Shown: piece after piece, positions 49,268 to 59,670 of the stretch | How the letters are laid out: each line of letters begins with the position of its first letter | Numbering within the stretch: the stretch's first letter is position 1 | NCBI GenBank assembly: GCA_028684195.1 | Contig: JAQUGH010000002.1 | Coordinates: forward strand, 1-63,143 | Source of the DNA: Clostridia bacterium | GTDB lineage: Bacteria > Bacillota > Peptococcia > DRI-13 > DTU073 | Direction of reading: 5' to 3' | Length of the DNA stretch: 63,143 bases | Made by a program: the position numbers and the translations under genes | Notes under the pieces: model-generated | What the model saw: the letters and a program-made list of their open reading frames with translations, nothing else | Databases searched by the model: none | What the model was told of the DNA's origin: nothing

Positions 49268-50152
49268 TTACTTACATAATCCGCAATTATTACAAGCTAC
49301 AGAACTTTGAGTATTATTCGTATCTTCTTTATTAATTGCTTCAATATTTATTGGCATAATTTTTTCAATTGCGTTTGTAGGACATTTATTTACGCAGATA
49401 CCACAATTAGTACACTTAGAATAATCAATTTCAGCTAAACCACCTGCTCCATTATCTACTACAGCAATCGCACCCTCAGGACAATTTTTTTCACAAAGCT
49501 TACATTTAATACAAGCAACTTGGCAAGCTTCTTTTGCTAACTTTCCCTTATCTCTATTACTACAACGAACATGGACAAGTTTAGATGCGTCTATCAACTG
49601 AATAACACTCTGTGGACAATATTCCACACATTTATTACAACCTACGCAAAGGTCATAATCAATTATCGGTAAATGATTATCGCCCATTGTAATGCATCCA
49701 AACGGACAAGCATCAATACAACTACCCAAACCAATACAACTATAACTACAAACTTTAGGTCCGCCAAACATTGTTTTTGCGGTGTAACAATCCAGAATGC
49801 CTTCGTATTCATAAAGGGATACAGCTTTGTCCTGTCCTCCATTACACATAAGTTGAGCTACTTTACGTTCTTTGCTTTCGCCTACATCTGCTCCCATAAT
49901 TCCAGCGATTTTTTTACGCACCTCGTCTTTACCTGGACCACAAGCAGCAAGTGGTGCTGTTCCAACAACAATAGCTTCAGCGTACCCACCACAACCCGGG
50001 AAACCACATCCGCCACAGTTAGCTCCAGGTAAAGCATTTGTGATAGCTTCTACACGTGGATCAATGTCCACGACAAACTTTTTATTAGCTATACCTAGAA
50101 TTATTCCAAATATAGCACCCATAACAGCTAAACTAATAATAGCATTTATCAT
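49268..50152 (-). CDS. rnfB: Rnf complex subunit B
   Basis: N-terminal anchor, CGGCGFPGC motif, several 4Fe-4S CxxCxxCxxxCP motifs. Confidence 0.9.
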   Translation of the reverse strand: MINAIISLAVMGAIFGIILGIANKKFVVDIDPRVEAITNALPGANCGGCGFPGCGGYAEAIVVGTAPLAACGPGKDEVRKKIAGIMGADVGESKERKVAQLMCNGGQDKAVSLYEYEGILDCYTAKTMFGGPKVCSYSCIGLGSCIDACPFGCITMGDNHLPIIDYDLCVGCNKCVEYCPQSVIQLIDASKLVHVRCSNRDKGKLAKEACQVACIKCKLCEKNCPEGAIAVVDNGAGGLAEIDYSKCTNCGICVNKCPTNAIEKIMPINIEAINKEDTNNTQSSVACNNCGLCK

Positions 50153-50173
50153 AAATTAATACCTCCGTACTAT

Positions 50174-50749
50174 TTATTGAAGTCCAGTGAAGCCCAAAAA
50201 GGCTATCGACATTAAAGCGGCAGTAATAAGAGCAATCGGCATACCCTCAAAGCATTTTGGAACATTCGCATCTTCTAGTCTTTCCCTAATTCCTGCAAAT
50301 AAAATTAGTGCCAAAGTAAATCCTAAAGCGTTAGCAATACTATTTGTCAAAGTTTGAGCAAATGTATAGGACTTTTGAATATTGATAATAGCAACACCTA
50401 GCACTGCACAATTAGTCGTAATCAGCGGAAGATAAACCCCTAATGATTTATATAAATCAGGACTGGTTTTGCGAATAACCATTTCCACAAACTGAACTAA
50501 AGATGCAATAACTAATATAAAGGCTATCGTTTGTAAATATTCAATCTGCATTTTTTCAAGAATATAACGCTGTATTAGCCAAGTAAGAGCAGAAGCCAAT
50601 GTCATAACAAAAGTAACAGCCATTCCCATACCGAGGGCAGATTTTAATTTTTTCGAGACACCTAGAAATGGACATATACCAAGAAATTGAGATAATACTA
50701 TGTTATTAACCAAAACCGCTCCAATAATAATCAACATCATTTCGCGCAT
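50174..50749 (-). CDS. rnfA: Rnf complex subunit A
   Basis: 191 aa, polytopic, [16 protein letters not shown] motif. Confidence 0.9.
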   Translation of the reverse strand: MREMMLIIIGAVLVNNIVLSQFLGICPFLGVSKKLKSALGMGMAVTFVMTLASALTWLIQRYILEKMQIEYLQTIAFILVIASLVQFVEMVIRKTSPDLYKSLGVYLPLITTNCAVLGVAIINIQKSYTFAQTLTNSIANALGFTLALILFAGIRERLEDANVPKCFEGMPIALITAALMSIAFLGFTGLQ

Positions 50750-50765
50750 TTGTCAGCCTCCTTTA

Positions 50766-51365
50766 CTAGCTATTAACCGAATGCTTAGTTCGGTTTTGTA
50801 TTTTGTTAAGAAAAGCAAGTACACACCCCAATGTAATAAATGCTCCTGGGGGAAGAATCATAATTAATGCTGATTGACCAAATATTGCATATCCTAAAAA
50901 TGTTCCTGCACCAAGAATCTCTCTAAAGGTACTAACTACAAGTAACGCAAGTGTATATCCTAATCCCATCCCTAACGCATCCATAATTGAAGGTGCTAGA
51001 GAATTTTTATTTGCAAAAGCTTCAGCACGTCCAAGAATTATACAATTAACAACGATAAGCGGAATAAATATCCCTAAACTCTCAAATAATTCTGGCGTAA
51101 AAGCATGCATTATCATTTCTATCATGGTAACAAAGGTAGCAATAATAACAATATAACACGGGATGCGTATGCTATCAGGAATAACCTTACGGAGTAATGA
51201 AATAACAATATTAGAAGCAAGAAGTACAACGGTAAAAGCAATTCCCATTCCAAGCCCATTAAAAACTGATGTAGTTATAGCAAGAGAGGGACACATTCCT
51301 AAAGTAAGACGAAATAATGGGTTTTCGCTTAATATCCCTTTGCTGAATTCTTTCCCCAAATTCAT
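50766..51365 (-). CDS. rnfE: Rnf complex subunit E
   Basis: 199 aa, polytopic, NPLFRLTLGMCPSLA motif. Confidence 0.9.
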   Translation of the reverse strand: MNLGKEFSKGILSENPLFRLTLGMCPSLAITTSVFNGLGMGIAFTVVLLASNIVISLLRKVIPDSIRIPCYIVIIATFVTMIEMIMHAFTPELFESLGIFIPLIVVNCIILGRAEAFANKNSLAPSIMDALGMGLGYTLALLVVSTFREILGAGTFLGYAIFGQSALIMILPPGAFITLGCVLAFLNKIQNRTKHSVNS

Positions 51366-51421
51366 AGTAACAATTTACCTCCCATTTTAAAATTGTCATG
51401 TTTTTTTAAAAAGACAATTTT

Positions 51422-51997
51422 TTATTTTGCAAAATTACTTATAAAGTGTTGCCTAGCTACATTTACACCACTTGCAACGGCTTTAGAAGTAATAGTTGCA
51501 GCAGTTATAGCCAAAACCTCATTATCCTGTACAGACTCTTTTTTTACTATTTCAATAGAACTTTCAGCATTTAATCCTTTAAATCGATCGCTGAAAAAGC
51601 TTTCCTTTGAATTAGCTCCTAAGCCCGGTGTTTCTGATTGACTCAATATTTTTATTGCAGTTATTTTTTTACTATTGATATCAAATCCGACCAACATCTC
51701 TATTTTCCCATTATAGCCATTAGGTTTTACAGTATAGATAACTCCCACTGGAATATTGCTTTTATATGCAATATTTACTTCCTTAACAACTTCATCAGAA
51801 TCATTTGTGATATATTTCTTACTTTCATCTTTAACATCATCTGCCCCAGGATATACATCATTAAAACTGCTTTGCTTTTTTTCTGCATTTTGTTGTTCTA
51901 TTAAGGGATCAGTTATGCCATTTACATAAGAAATAGAAAATCCAGCAATACTCGCTACGATTAATAAAAATAAACTAAGCTTTAATACTTTACGCAT
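51422..51997 (-). CDS. rnfG: Rnf complex subunit G (FMN-binding)
   Basis: 191 aa, N-terminal anchor, AITAATITSKAV FMN attachment motif. Confidence 0.85.
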   Translation of the reverse strand: MRKVLKLSLFLLIVASIAGFSISYVNGITDPLIEQQNAEKKQSSFNDVYPGADDVKDESKKYITNDSDEVVKEVNIAYKSNIPVGVIYTVKPNGYNGKIEMLVGFDINSKKITAIKILSQSETPGLGANSKESFFSDRFKGLNAESSIEIVKKESVQDNEVLAITAATITSKAVASGVNVARQHFISNFAK

Positions 51998-52949
51998 GTT
52001 GTCTTACACCCCCTAATACACGGGCTTTCGTATAGCGATCAATCAAAGGAGTTACCATATTCATCAACAATATAGAATAACATACGCCCTCTGGGAAACC
52101 ACCTTTCAAACGAATAAGAACTGTCAACAAGCCACAACCAATACCAAAGATAATCCTACCTTTTTTCGTTATCGGACTGGTTACCCAATCGGTTGCCATA
52201 AAGAATGCGCCCAGAAGCAATCCCCCGGCAAAAAGGTGATACAAAGGAAACCAAGACCCTTCTCCATTAGCTACACCAACTATAGCAGTTAGAGCAAAAA
52301 CTGTACCTAAATATGAAAATGGAATTCTCCAGTCTATATGACCTTTAACTAGCAGATAAAGACCACCAATAATTAAAGCCAAAGCACTTGTTTCTCCTAT
52401 ACATCCTCCTATATTACCCATAAACAATTGGCTTATAGAAGGTAATTCTTGCACAACTGATTCTTTAATCATTCCTAGTGGTGTTGCAGTTGTTACCCCA
52501 TCAAATGGTGCAGTCCAATTAGTCATAGCCACAGGCCAAGATGCCAAAAGAAAACCTCTTCCAATTAAAGCTGGATTAAAAATATTATTGCCAAGCCCAC
52601 CAAACATTTGCTTGCCAATTATGATAGCAACGGCTGAACCAATTGCTGCAATCCATAGAGGAATAGAAGGTGGTAAACAAAATGCTAGTAATAATCCAGT
52701 TAAAATAGCACTACTATCTTTAATAGTTATATCCCTTTTCATCATTTTTTGCGATATATATTCACTTATAATAGCTACAACAATACAAGTTACAATAACC
52801 TTCAGCGCTGCAAAATGGAAATAATAAAGTGCAGCAATTAAAGCAGGTATAAGTGCCACAATAACATCTCGCATTGAATTTGAAACATTATTACTACTGT
52901 GAATATGTGGTGACGAGGATACCACAAGTAGATTATCTTTATTTGCCAT
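51990..52949 (-). CDS. rnfD: Rnf complex subunit D
   Basis: 319 aa, polytopic, SSPHIHS start region and FFMATDWVTSP motif. Confidence 0.9.
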   Translation of the reverse strand: MANKDNLLVVSSSPHIHSSNNVSNSMRDVIVALIPALIAALYYFHFAALKVIVTCIVVAIISEYISQKMMKRDITIKDSSAILTGLLLAFCLPPSIPLWIAAIGSAVAIIIGKQMFGGLGNNIFNPALIGRGFLLASWPVAMTNWTAPFDGVTTATPLGMIKESVVQELPSISQLFMGNIGGCIGETSALALIIGGLYLLVKGHIDWRIPFSYLGTVFALTAIVGVANGEGSWFPLYHLFAGGLLLGAFFMATDWVTSPITKKGRIIFGIGCGLLTVLIRLKGGFPEGVCYSILLMNMVTPLIDRYTKARVLGGVRQHA

Positions 52950-54301
52950 TACTTTTTACCTCCATTACTTCTAGCTTTAGCTCTAGCAGCTCCGATGGCC
53001 AGCTTAGCCCTTCTAATATATTGAACAAGAGGAATGCTTGCTGGACAAACATAAACACATGAGCCACATTCAATACAACTCATTATATTATTTTTCTCAG
53101 CTTCTTCCCATAATCCACGTTTTGCCAGTTTAACAATAGTAGTAGGCTCCAAAAACATAGGGCAAGCATCAACACACTTTGCACAACGAACACAATTATA
53201 CTCTTTTCCATCTACTCCAAGCTGTTTTTTAAGTACAACAATTCCCGAGCTACCCTTAACAATCGGAATATCATCAGTAAATACTGTTTTACCCATCATC
53301 AGTCCGCCGGAAATAATTTTATCAATATCACCGGTAAAGCCACCGCTCTCTTCAATCAAATCACTAAACAAAGTTCCAATTCTAACCAAATAATTAGCAG
53401 GTTTTTTGATTCCATCACCACTAAGAGTGGTAATACGTTCAATAAGTGGTATTCCTAATTCAATAGCATCAGCAACTGCGACTGCTGTTGCTACATTATT
53501 AACAATAACACCTGCATCAAGTGGTAATCCACCTACAGGAACCTCCCGCCCTGTACAAGCAAAGATTAATTGCTTTTCAGAACCCTGAGGATACTTTTCT
53601 TTAAGTGCAATAACCTCAATGTTTTCCTCTAGTTCACAAAGCTTAGTCAATTTTTCAATAGCATCAAGTTTATTTTCTTCAATAGCTATAATTCCTTTTT
53701 TACAGCCAGTGCTCCTTAATTTATAACGAAGCCCAGCTATAATACGTTCTGGCTTTTCTAACATAATTCGATGGTCAGCCGTTATATATGGTTCACACTC
53801 AACTCCATTTAATATAATAAATTCAGCCTGTTTGTTTTCTACAGGCGCATACTTAACATGGGTAGGGAACGTTGCTCCACCCAATCCAACTATACCAGCC
53901 TCAAATACTATCTTTCGTATTTCTTCAGAGCTAAGTTCTTCGGGATTTGAATTAGGCTGTACAGTAACTGCCCACTCTTCTTTTCCATCATTCTCAATAA
54001 CAATGCAATTCACAAAATTACCACCAGGATGTTGCTTTTTCTCAATAGCAAGAACCTTTCCACTAACGCTGGAATGAATTGGTGCTGTCACAAAACCTTT
54101 TCCTTCAGCAATTTTCTGTCCTTTTTTTACTTCATCGCCAATCTGTACCAATGGAATACAAGGTGCCCCAATATGTTGAGAAACAGGAATATACAACTTA
54201 TTAGGAATCTTTGCTGGAATTGTTGCTAAGCCTTGAGTTAACTCCTTATATCCAGGTACGTGTGTGCCCCCTTTGAATGTGCTCATGTTCATCCTTTTCA
54301 C
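52949..54301 (-). CDS. rnfC: Rnf complex subunit C
   Basis: 450 aa, GLGGATFPTHVK, two CxxCxxCxxxCP ferredoxin motifs. Confidence 0.9.
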   Translation of the reverse strand: MKRMNMSTFKGGTHVPGYKELTQGLATIPAKIPNKLYIPVSQHIGAPCIPLVQIGDEVKKGQKIAEGKGFVTAPIHSSVSGKVLAIEKKQHPGGNFVNCIVIENDGKEEWAVTVQPNSNPEELSSEEIRKIVFEAGIVGLGGATFPTHVKYAPVENKQAEFIILNGVECEPYITADHRIMLEKPERIIAGLRYKLRSTGCKKGIIAIEENKLDAIEKLTKLCELEENIEVIALKEKYPQGSEKQLIFACTGREVPVGGLPLDAGVIVNNVATAVAVADAIELGIPLIERITTLSGDGIKKPANYLVRIGTLFSDLIEESGGFTGDIDKIISGGLMMGKTVFTDDIPIVKGSSGIVVLKKQLGVDGKEYNCVRCAKCVDACPMFLEPTTIVKLAKRGLWEEAEKNNIMSCIECGSCVYVCPASIPLVQYIRRAKLAIGAARAKARSNGGKK

Positions 54302-54463
54302 TCCTAGCTTTAAATGATTTTATTTTTTGCCTAATGCTTTTTTATTTACATAGACACACGCTCCTAGTTTTCTTATTTTCTACTTTATTTTATAAGAACA
54401 TGTCTATTTTACAACATATTTCGCATATAGTGAAAGTAATTTTAATAAAAAAATTATAAAAAT

Positions 54464-54483
54464 TATGTTATATATATAACATA
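54464..54483. promoter_or_regulatory. Perfect 20-bp palindrome upstream of the rnf operon (candidate operator)
   Basis: TATGTTATAT/ATATAACATA. The inner ATGTTA-N6-TAACAT resembles Rex-type TTGTTAA-N4-TTAACAA half sites. Lies about 165-180 nt upstream of the rnfC start. Confidence 0.3.
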
Positions 54484-54528
54484 TCACGATACTACCCTTA
54501 TTGGCTAAGGTAATTTTTTTTTCAATAT

Positions 54529-56283
54529 CTAATTACAAAAAAAATAATTACCATAATCATCCAATTCTAATATCTTTTGAGCTATTTCTTTGAACATTGG
54601 AGCTGCAATATCTCCACCAGTCAAACCTTTTGAAACTCCACTTTTATTTTCTTCTACCATAACAGCAATTGCAATACGTGGTTCTTCAAGAGGAGCAAAT
54701 CCCACAAACCAAGCAATAACCTTTCCGTTAATATTAATCTGAGCAGTACCCGTTTTACCAGCACTTCCTATTCCCTCTAGCCATGCTTTACGACCTGTCC
54801 CATCACTAGTTGCTTTAGCTAAAGCTTCCTTCAATATATTACAAGTTGATACCTTTAATACTCTTGTCGATATTCTATTGGGAAAATCCTGTATTATTTC
54901 TCCTTGACTGTTACGAATTTGAGAAATGATTTGATAAGGCCTATATATTCCATTTCTAGCGATTGTCGCATATAAATTTACAATTTGAAGAGGACTTACT
55001 AGTACTCCTTGCTGACCTATAGACGCATTTCCAACCAGAGCGAGCGGTGACTGGTCGTCAACTTTTATTGTAAAGCCTAGTTTTTTTGCATAATTTTGTA
55101 ACCTCGTACTACCAAGTCTTAATCCTAATTGAATAAACGTACTGTTACACGATTTTATTATTGCTTCTTTTAAATTAATTTCTCCATGCTCATGTGAACA
55201 ATTGATTTTTGTATCATCTGGGAAAACATATGCTCCTGTACACGTAAAAACTTCCCCAGGCAAAACCAGATTTTCCTCTAATACCCCTGCAGCTACTACC
55301 ATTTTAAAAACTGAACCAGGATAAAAAGCAACTCTTTCTGTTCTATCAATAAGCTCATCTATACCTGAAATACAACTTCCCATTGCATTCTGGTTAAAAT
55401 CAGGTCGACTGGCAAGGGCTAACACATTACCACTAGGAATATCAAGTACCACAACAGCACCACGATTAATGTCCTTATCCATTACCATTTCCACTATTTC
55501 TTGACATTGCCTGTCCAAAGTGAGGACTAAATGATTTCTCCAACCATCTATTTTCCCCTTCTTAGATTTATATCCTAAGCCTTCTATAAGTTTACCATTA
55601 GCATCGGCAATACCAATTATTTCATTTTCTGAGTAAGCCCCTTTTAGCACATTTTCATATTCCTTTTCCAAACCTGCTACACCAATTTTATCAGTAATCT
55701 TATAGGCAGACGCTAAAAATTCATTTGTTTCTACCGTCTTTTTCTCCTGAGACAACTTTTTCCAACATGCTACATCAATACTATTTAAATATCCAACCAA
55801 ATGCTTGGCTAAAGAATTGGGACCATACCTTGTCTTAACTGGTATAATTGCTATTCCAGAAATCATATTACTATAACACTTTTTTATATCTTCTGATGAT
55901 AAATTTGCTTTTAAAATAAGGGGCATACGATTGCCATACGTTTCTTTACTTCTTTTAATATTCATTAGTGTTTTTTTTGCAGGCAACCTTAATATTTGTT
56001 CCAATTGTTTACTTGTTTCTTCAACATTATTTATACTACTTGGAAAAGCTACTAATGTTGGTCTTATTCCACTATCAGTTATAGACAATAAATTTTTATC
56101 TAAAATTTCCCCACGATAATACTCTTCACCAGACATACATTGACTTCTTATCTTCAATGCTTTTTGGGCTAAATCCTTACCTGAGTATATTCCATCTACA
56201 ACCTGCAAATAAAACAATTTTCCTAAAACAAGCAAAAATAAAAACGCAAAAGAGAACATTACAATTATAACTCTATTTTTCAT
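54529..56283 (-). CDS. Class B penicillin-binding protein (SpoVD/PBP2-type transpeptidase, no PASTA tail)
   Basis: 584 aa, N-terminal anchor, SVFK, SCN and KTGTA motifs. Confidence 0.85.
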   Translation of the reverse strand: MKNRVIIVMFSFAFLFLLVLGKLFYLQVVDGIYSGKDLAQKALKIRSQCMSGEEYYRGEILDKNLLSITDSGIRPTLVAFPSSINNVEETSKQLEQILRLPAKKTLMNIKRSKETYGNRMPLILKANLSSEDIKKCYSNMISGIAIIPVKTRYGPNSLAKHLVGYLNSIDVACWKKLSQEKKTVETNEFLASAYKITDKIGVAGLEKEYENVLKGAYSENEIIGIADANGKLIEGLGYKSKKGKIDGWRNHLVLTLDRQCQEIVEMVMDKDINRGAVVVLDIPSGNVLALASRPDFNQNAMGSCISGIDELIDRTERVAFYPGSVFKMVVAAGVLEENLVLPGEVFTCTGAYVFPDDTKINCSHEHGEINLKEAIIKSCNSTFIQLGLRLGSTRLQNYAKKLGFTIKVDDQSPLALVGNASIGQQGVLVSPLQIVNLYATIARNGIYRPYQIISQIRNSQGEIIQDFPNRISTRVLKVSTCNILKEALAKATSDGTGRKAWLEGIGSAGKTGTAQININGKVIAWFVGFAPLEEPRIAIAVMVEENKSGVSKGLTGGDIAAPMFKEIAQKILELDDYGNYFFCN

Positions 56284-56327
56284 AAAATAAATCCCTCCAG
56301 CTTTATTTTTGCCAGAGAAAATTCTCT

Positions 56328-58064
56328 TTAAACATTTATATTATATCTCCAGTATTTTTGAAAATCAGGACCTGATGAATCAGGTCTGAATGTGGGTATT
56401 TGAATTTTCATTGTCACTGGTATAGGGAAATCCACCCCAATAACAATTGCCTCACCAGGTAATAAATTCGGCAAAAATGAGGTAAGTGTTTTATTGAATT
56501 CTCCACACGCTTTTTCAATAACTTCTCTATCATTGTCATTGATAAGACGATGTACTAAAATAGTGCCCATCTGACTTAATACCCCTTCGGGAATATCTCT
56601 AGGTTGCTGTGTTGCAAGACAAATATTTAAGGAAAACTTTCTTCCTTCCTTTGCTATTAATTCAAATGAATTTAATCTATTCTCATTATGATCATTAGTA
56701 AATTTATTCAAAAAATGATGAGCTTCATCTAAAAATAAAACCACAGGGTTCATTAAAAAGCATCCTTCTCTAGCTTTTGCAAGAATATATCTTCCAATTG
56801 CATTGGCAATTACCTCACGTGCATTATGAGAAAAAGAAACATTTTCAAGAGAAATCCTAAGTATTCTAACATTATCATTGGAAATAAAATTATCTATCTC
56901 GGTAAGCACTGACCTTTTTCCACGTACATTAAAGATACAAGAAAGCTCCGGAGAACTTAAGACATCTTCTATTCTAGACAATAAAGATACACATTCACTT
57001 CTTTGTTCATCATTATATCCTCCCCACCTTGCAGGAAATGTACGATTAGAACTCCATACACATTCTTCCTCAATCTGATGGTTTAATTTTGTTATATCAA
57101 AAAGTGCAACTGGACTATCAATAATACTTGAATATTGGCGATATAACTGTTCAAATTTAGTTTTTTGCTGATTTGACTTAATAATAACGCCTTCTTTTGT
57201 TAACCACGGTTCAAGACGTGCTAGTTTTAAACTTTTCATAGCAGCACGAATCTTAGGAATTTGTTGACCACTAGGATTAAATATAGAAAAAAGATCATTT
57301 TCATTCAAAGATGTATATGGAAGAACTATTTCTTTAGCATTTTGACTAATACTTTCCTCTTTTCCAAATTTCAAATGAACAACATCTTTGTCCATAGTGT
57401 GAAATTCACCACTTGGATCAAATAAAATTACTTTAGACCTATATTTAATTGTCTCCTCAATTAATTTTGCTATCGTCCAACTCTTACCTCCACCTGTTGT
57501 TCCCAAAATTGCACAATGTCTACTAAACATTTGTTCAGGTAATAATTTCACTGGAGTATCAGTATAGTCTTGAAGATTTGCAATATTTAAAGTCAAATTA
57601 TCAGCATTATTACCTACCCTTGAATTTGATTCTGCAACCCAAGTAATTAACTGAGGATGCGCAGAATACGTTTTACTCCCCACACATGGATAAATCTTTA
57701 CTCCTCTTCCAACGTTCCAATTTTCAGTATCTACTGTTGCTAACATTTGAACTGTACTTATCATATTATAATATTTGTTTTCTGCAAATTTTATATCAAT
57801 GCCTCGTGTATCCTCTCTAGGCAATTTTACCGAGGTAACTCTTCCAAATATGACACATTTCTTGCATTCAATTATGATAAATTCTCCAACCTCAAAACCA
57901 TATGAATTATCATCCTTTAAATAATGCCCTTCAGGTAAACTATTGATCTTCGGCATATATATTTTTACAAAACTTGGTGTAACTTCAACTACATTTCCAA
58001 TATAACGTAATGGGTCAAGAGGACATTCTGGTAACATTTTTATTATAAACTCCTTTACTGTCAA
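56328..58064 (-). CDS. HerA/FtsK-superfamily (DUF87-like) ATPase
   Basis: N-terminal barrel-like region, Walker A GTTGGGKSWT, Walker B VVLFLDEAHHF, ATQQPRDIPEGVLSQ. The start may be the ATG at 58037, which has AAGGAG 12 nt upstream. Confidence 0.75.
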   Translation of the reverse strand: MTVKEFIIKMLPECPLDPLRYIGNVVEVTPSFVKIYMPKINSLPEGHYLKDDNSYGFEVGEFIIIECKKCVIFGRVTSVKLPREDTRGIDIKFAENKYYNMISTVQMLATVDTENWNVGRGVKIYPCVGSKTYSAHPQLITWVAESNSRVGNNADNLTLNIANLQDYTDTPVKLLPEQMFSRHCAILGTTGGGKSWTIAKLIEETIKYRSKVILFDPSGEFHTMDKDVVHLKFGKEESISQNAKEIVLPYTSLNENDLFSIFNPSGQQIPKIRAAMKSLKLARLEPWLTKEGVIIKSNQQKTKFEQLYRQYSSIIDSPVALFDITKLNHQIEEECVWSSNRTFPARWGGYNDEQRSECVSLLSRIEDVLSSPELSCIFNVRGKRSVLTEIDNFISNDNVRILRISLENVSFSHNAREVIANAIGRYILAKAREGCFLMNPVVLFLDEAHHFLNKFTNDHNENRLNSFELIAKEGRKFSLNICLATQQPRDIPEGVLSQMGTILVHRLINDNDREVIEKACGEFNKTLTSFLPNLLPGEAIVIGVDFPIPVTMKIQIPTFRPDSSGPDFQKYWRYNINV

Positions 58065-58097
58065 TATATTTTTAAAATATTACTCTACAAAAATTAA

Positions 58098-58283
58098 TCA
58101 GTTAAAAAATAATAATTTAAACAAACTACCGCACCCATAGACGAACAAGATTACTCCAATTATCCTTAATATAATTTTATGTTTAATTATATTACCTCCT
58201 AATAATTGGGGTTTAATTATGATAATTACACCTCCAAGCATATATATTATAAATTCAAATATATTAAACATTGTTTTTCCCAT
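58098..58283 (-). CDS. Small two-TM membrane protein
   Basis: 61 aa, GAGGGA RBS 9 nt upstream, strongly hydrophobic. Confidence 0.45.
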   Translation of the reverse strand: MGKTMFNIFEFIIYMLGGVIIIIKPQLLGGNIIKHKIILRIIGVILFVYGCGSLFKLLFFN

Positions 58284-58365
58284 TAACGATCATCCCTCTC
58301 AGTTTCAATTATAGCTTCAGTTAATATTAGTTATACAAATAGTTCAATTGCATTAAAAATTCTCA

Positions 58366-58500
58366 TTATACCTTTAATACTACTACGAGTAAAAATCCAA
58401 TTACACCAGCAACTAACCATGAAATTGATATCATTTCAAAATAAAACAAAGTAGCAACAATTGCTACAGATAACAAAAATAAGAGAATTTTTCCCAACAT
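58366..58500 (-). CDS. Small two-TM membrane protein (not in the ORF track, under 60 aa)
   Basis: GGGGAGG RBS then ATG. Reads MLGKILLFLLSVAIVATLFYFEMISISWLVAGVIGFLLVVVLKV. Confidence 0.35.
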   Translation of the reverse strand: MLGKILLFLLSVAIVATLFYFEMISISWLVAGVIGFLLVVVLKV

Positions 58501-58807
58501 AGTCATAGCCTCCCCTTTATCACATAAAATCATCTTTTATCTTAATTATATTTCTATAATTTCTTTTAATGGATAGTATATATATTATATCTCTTTATTT
58601 ATTTAAAATCTTACAACTACTTTTTTGAAAAATAAACTTATACTGTAAACTTAATTAAAAAAGTAATAACTAAGCATTATAAGAAAATTCAACAATAATA
58701 TTATATAAAATAATATTGAATACTGCAACAACATAATTTTTAAGATAAATGCTTTTTCTGTAAAATTAATTTGTATATTTAAAATATTTCCTTTTTAATT
58801 ATAAACA

Positions 58808-59335
58808 TTACATCAATTCTGTTAAAATGTTAATTATCATAAATATTAGTCCAGGTAATATCATAAATATAATAATTATCCACACCCTATTTTTCCGAGT
58901 ATTTTTAATATGATTTGTATTGAAATTACTCACTGAAATATTATTATCATTTGTATGCTTATTATTTAAAATTGTAATGTTACTATCATGTAGATTCACT
59001 TTATCAGGTATTATTAAAGGTTGTGCTTCTTTAAGATACAACTCTGGCACATAAATATCTATTCCCATAGTTGTCATACCCATATATATTTTCAAGTACC
59101 CACCAGCTCCTCTATCTTTACGTAATGTTGGGATACCTGAAGATTTCAGAAGAGAATCAATCACTTCTGCTTCATTTTCATTATTTGTTTGAAATAGCAA
59201 TACCCATTCACATTCCTGAATTTCATCTTCGTTATTTTCATTTAGAATTAGATGTTCAACAAGGATTTCACTACAATCTGCACATTCTTTGAAGCCTTCC
59301 CTGTATTCAGTTTTACATTTTGGACACCAAGGCAA
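58808..59335 (-). CDS. Zinc-ribbon plus DUF2007-like domain protein with C-terminal TM
   Basis: WCPKCKTEY...CADC ribbon, PII-like middle domain, C-terminal WIIIIFMILPGLIFMIINIL. AGGAAGGGG RBS 9 nt before the TTG at 59335. Confidence 0.6.
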   Translation of the reverse strand: MPWCPKCKTEYREGFKECADCSEILVEHLILNENNEDEIQECEWVLLFQTNNENEAEVIDSLLKSSGIPTLRKDRGAGGYLKIYMGMTTMGIDIYVPELYLKEAQPLIIPDKVNLHDSNITILNNKHTNDNNISVSNFNTNHIKNTRKNRVWIIIIFMILPGLIFMIINILTELM

Positions 59336-59670
59336 TATTATTATCCCCTTCCTAAGTGTTCTTAAACAAATCATTTAACAATATTTAACTTAATTAGTGA
59401 CATGCAGAAAACAAAATGTTTTTATTTCCGTTCCCCCAAAATTCTTAAAAGCTCTAAAAACAAATTAACAACTGACGCCAGTATTATAACAATAAGTCCC
59501 ATAAAACACAAATTACCTATACTAGTATTTTACGTTTCCACTTTCATTTTATTTAGCAAATATATTAAATTATTGTTTGAGCTTATAAATAGCTAATTAT
59601 TGCTTATTGTGATATACTTTTTAAATGTTTCTTAAACTAATAATTATTAAAGTGAAGGATGGTATGAAAT

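Noticed and set aside
54491-54521. Hairpin plus T9 run oriented as a plus-strand terminator at the end of the minus-strand PBP gene. A similar plus-oriented hairpin lies at 22238-22275.
   Set aside because: There is no plus-strand transcription unit to terminate. The stems are weak and AT-rich or bulged, so these are probably fortuitous or serve only as mRNA 3' structures.
59402-59596. 64-aa plus-strand ORF upstream of the ABC-F gene, considered as a possible leader peptide or attenuator as in resistance ABC-Fs.
   Set aside because: It has no RBS, and no terminator/antiterminator hairpins are visible. A TGaTATACT extended -10 element near 59610-59620 implies only a short 5' UTR of about 40 nt.
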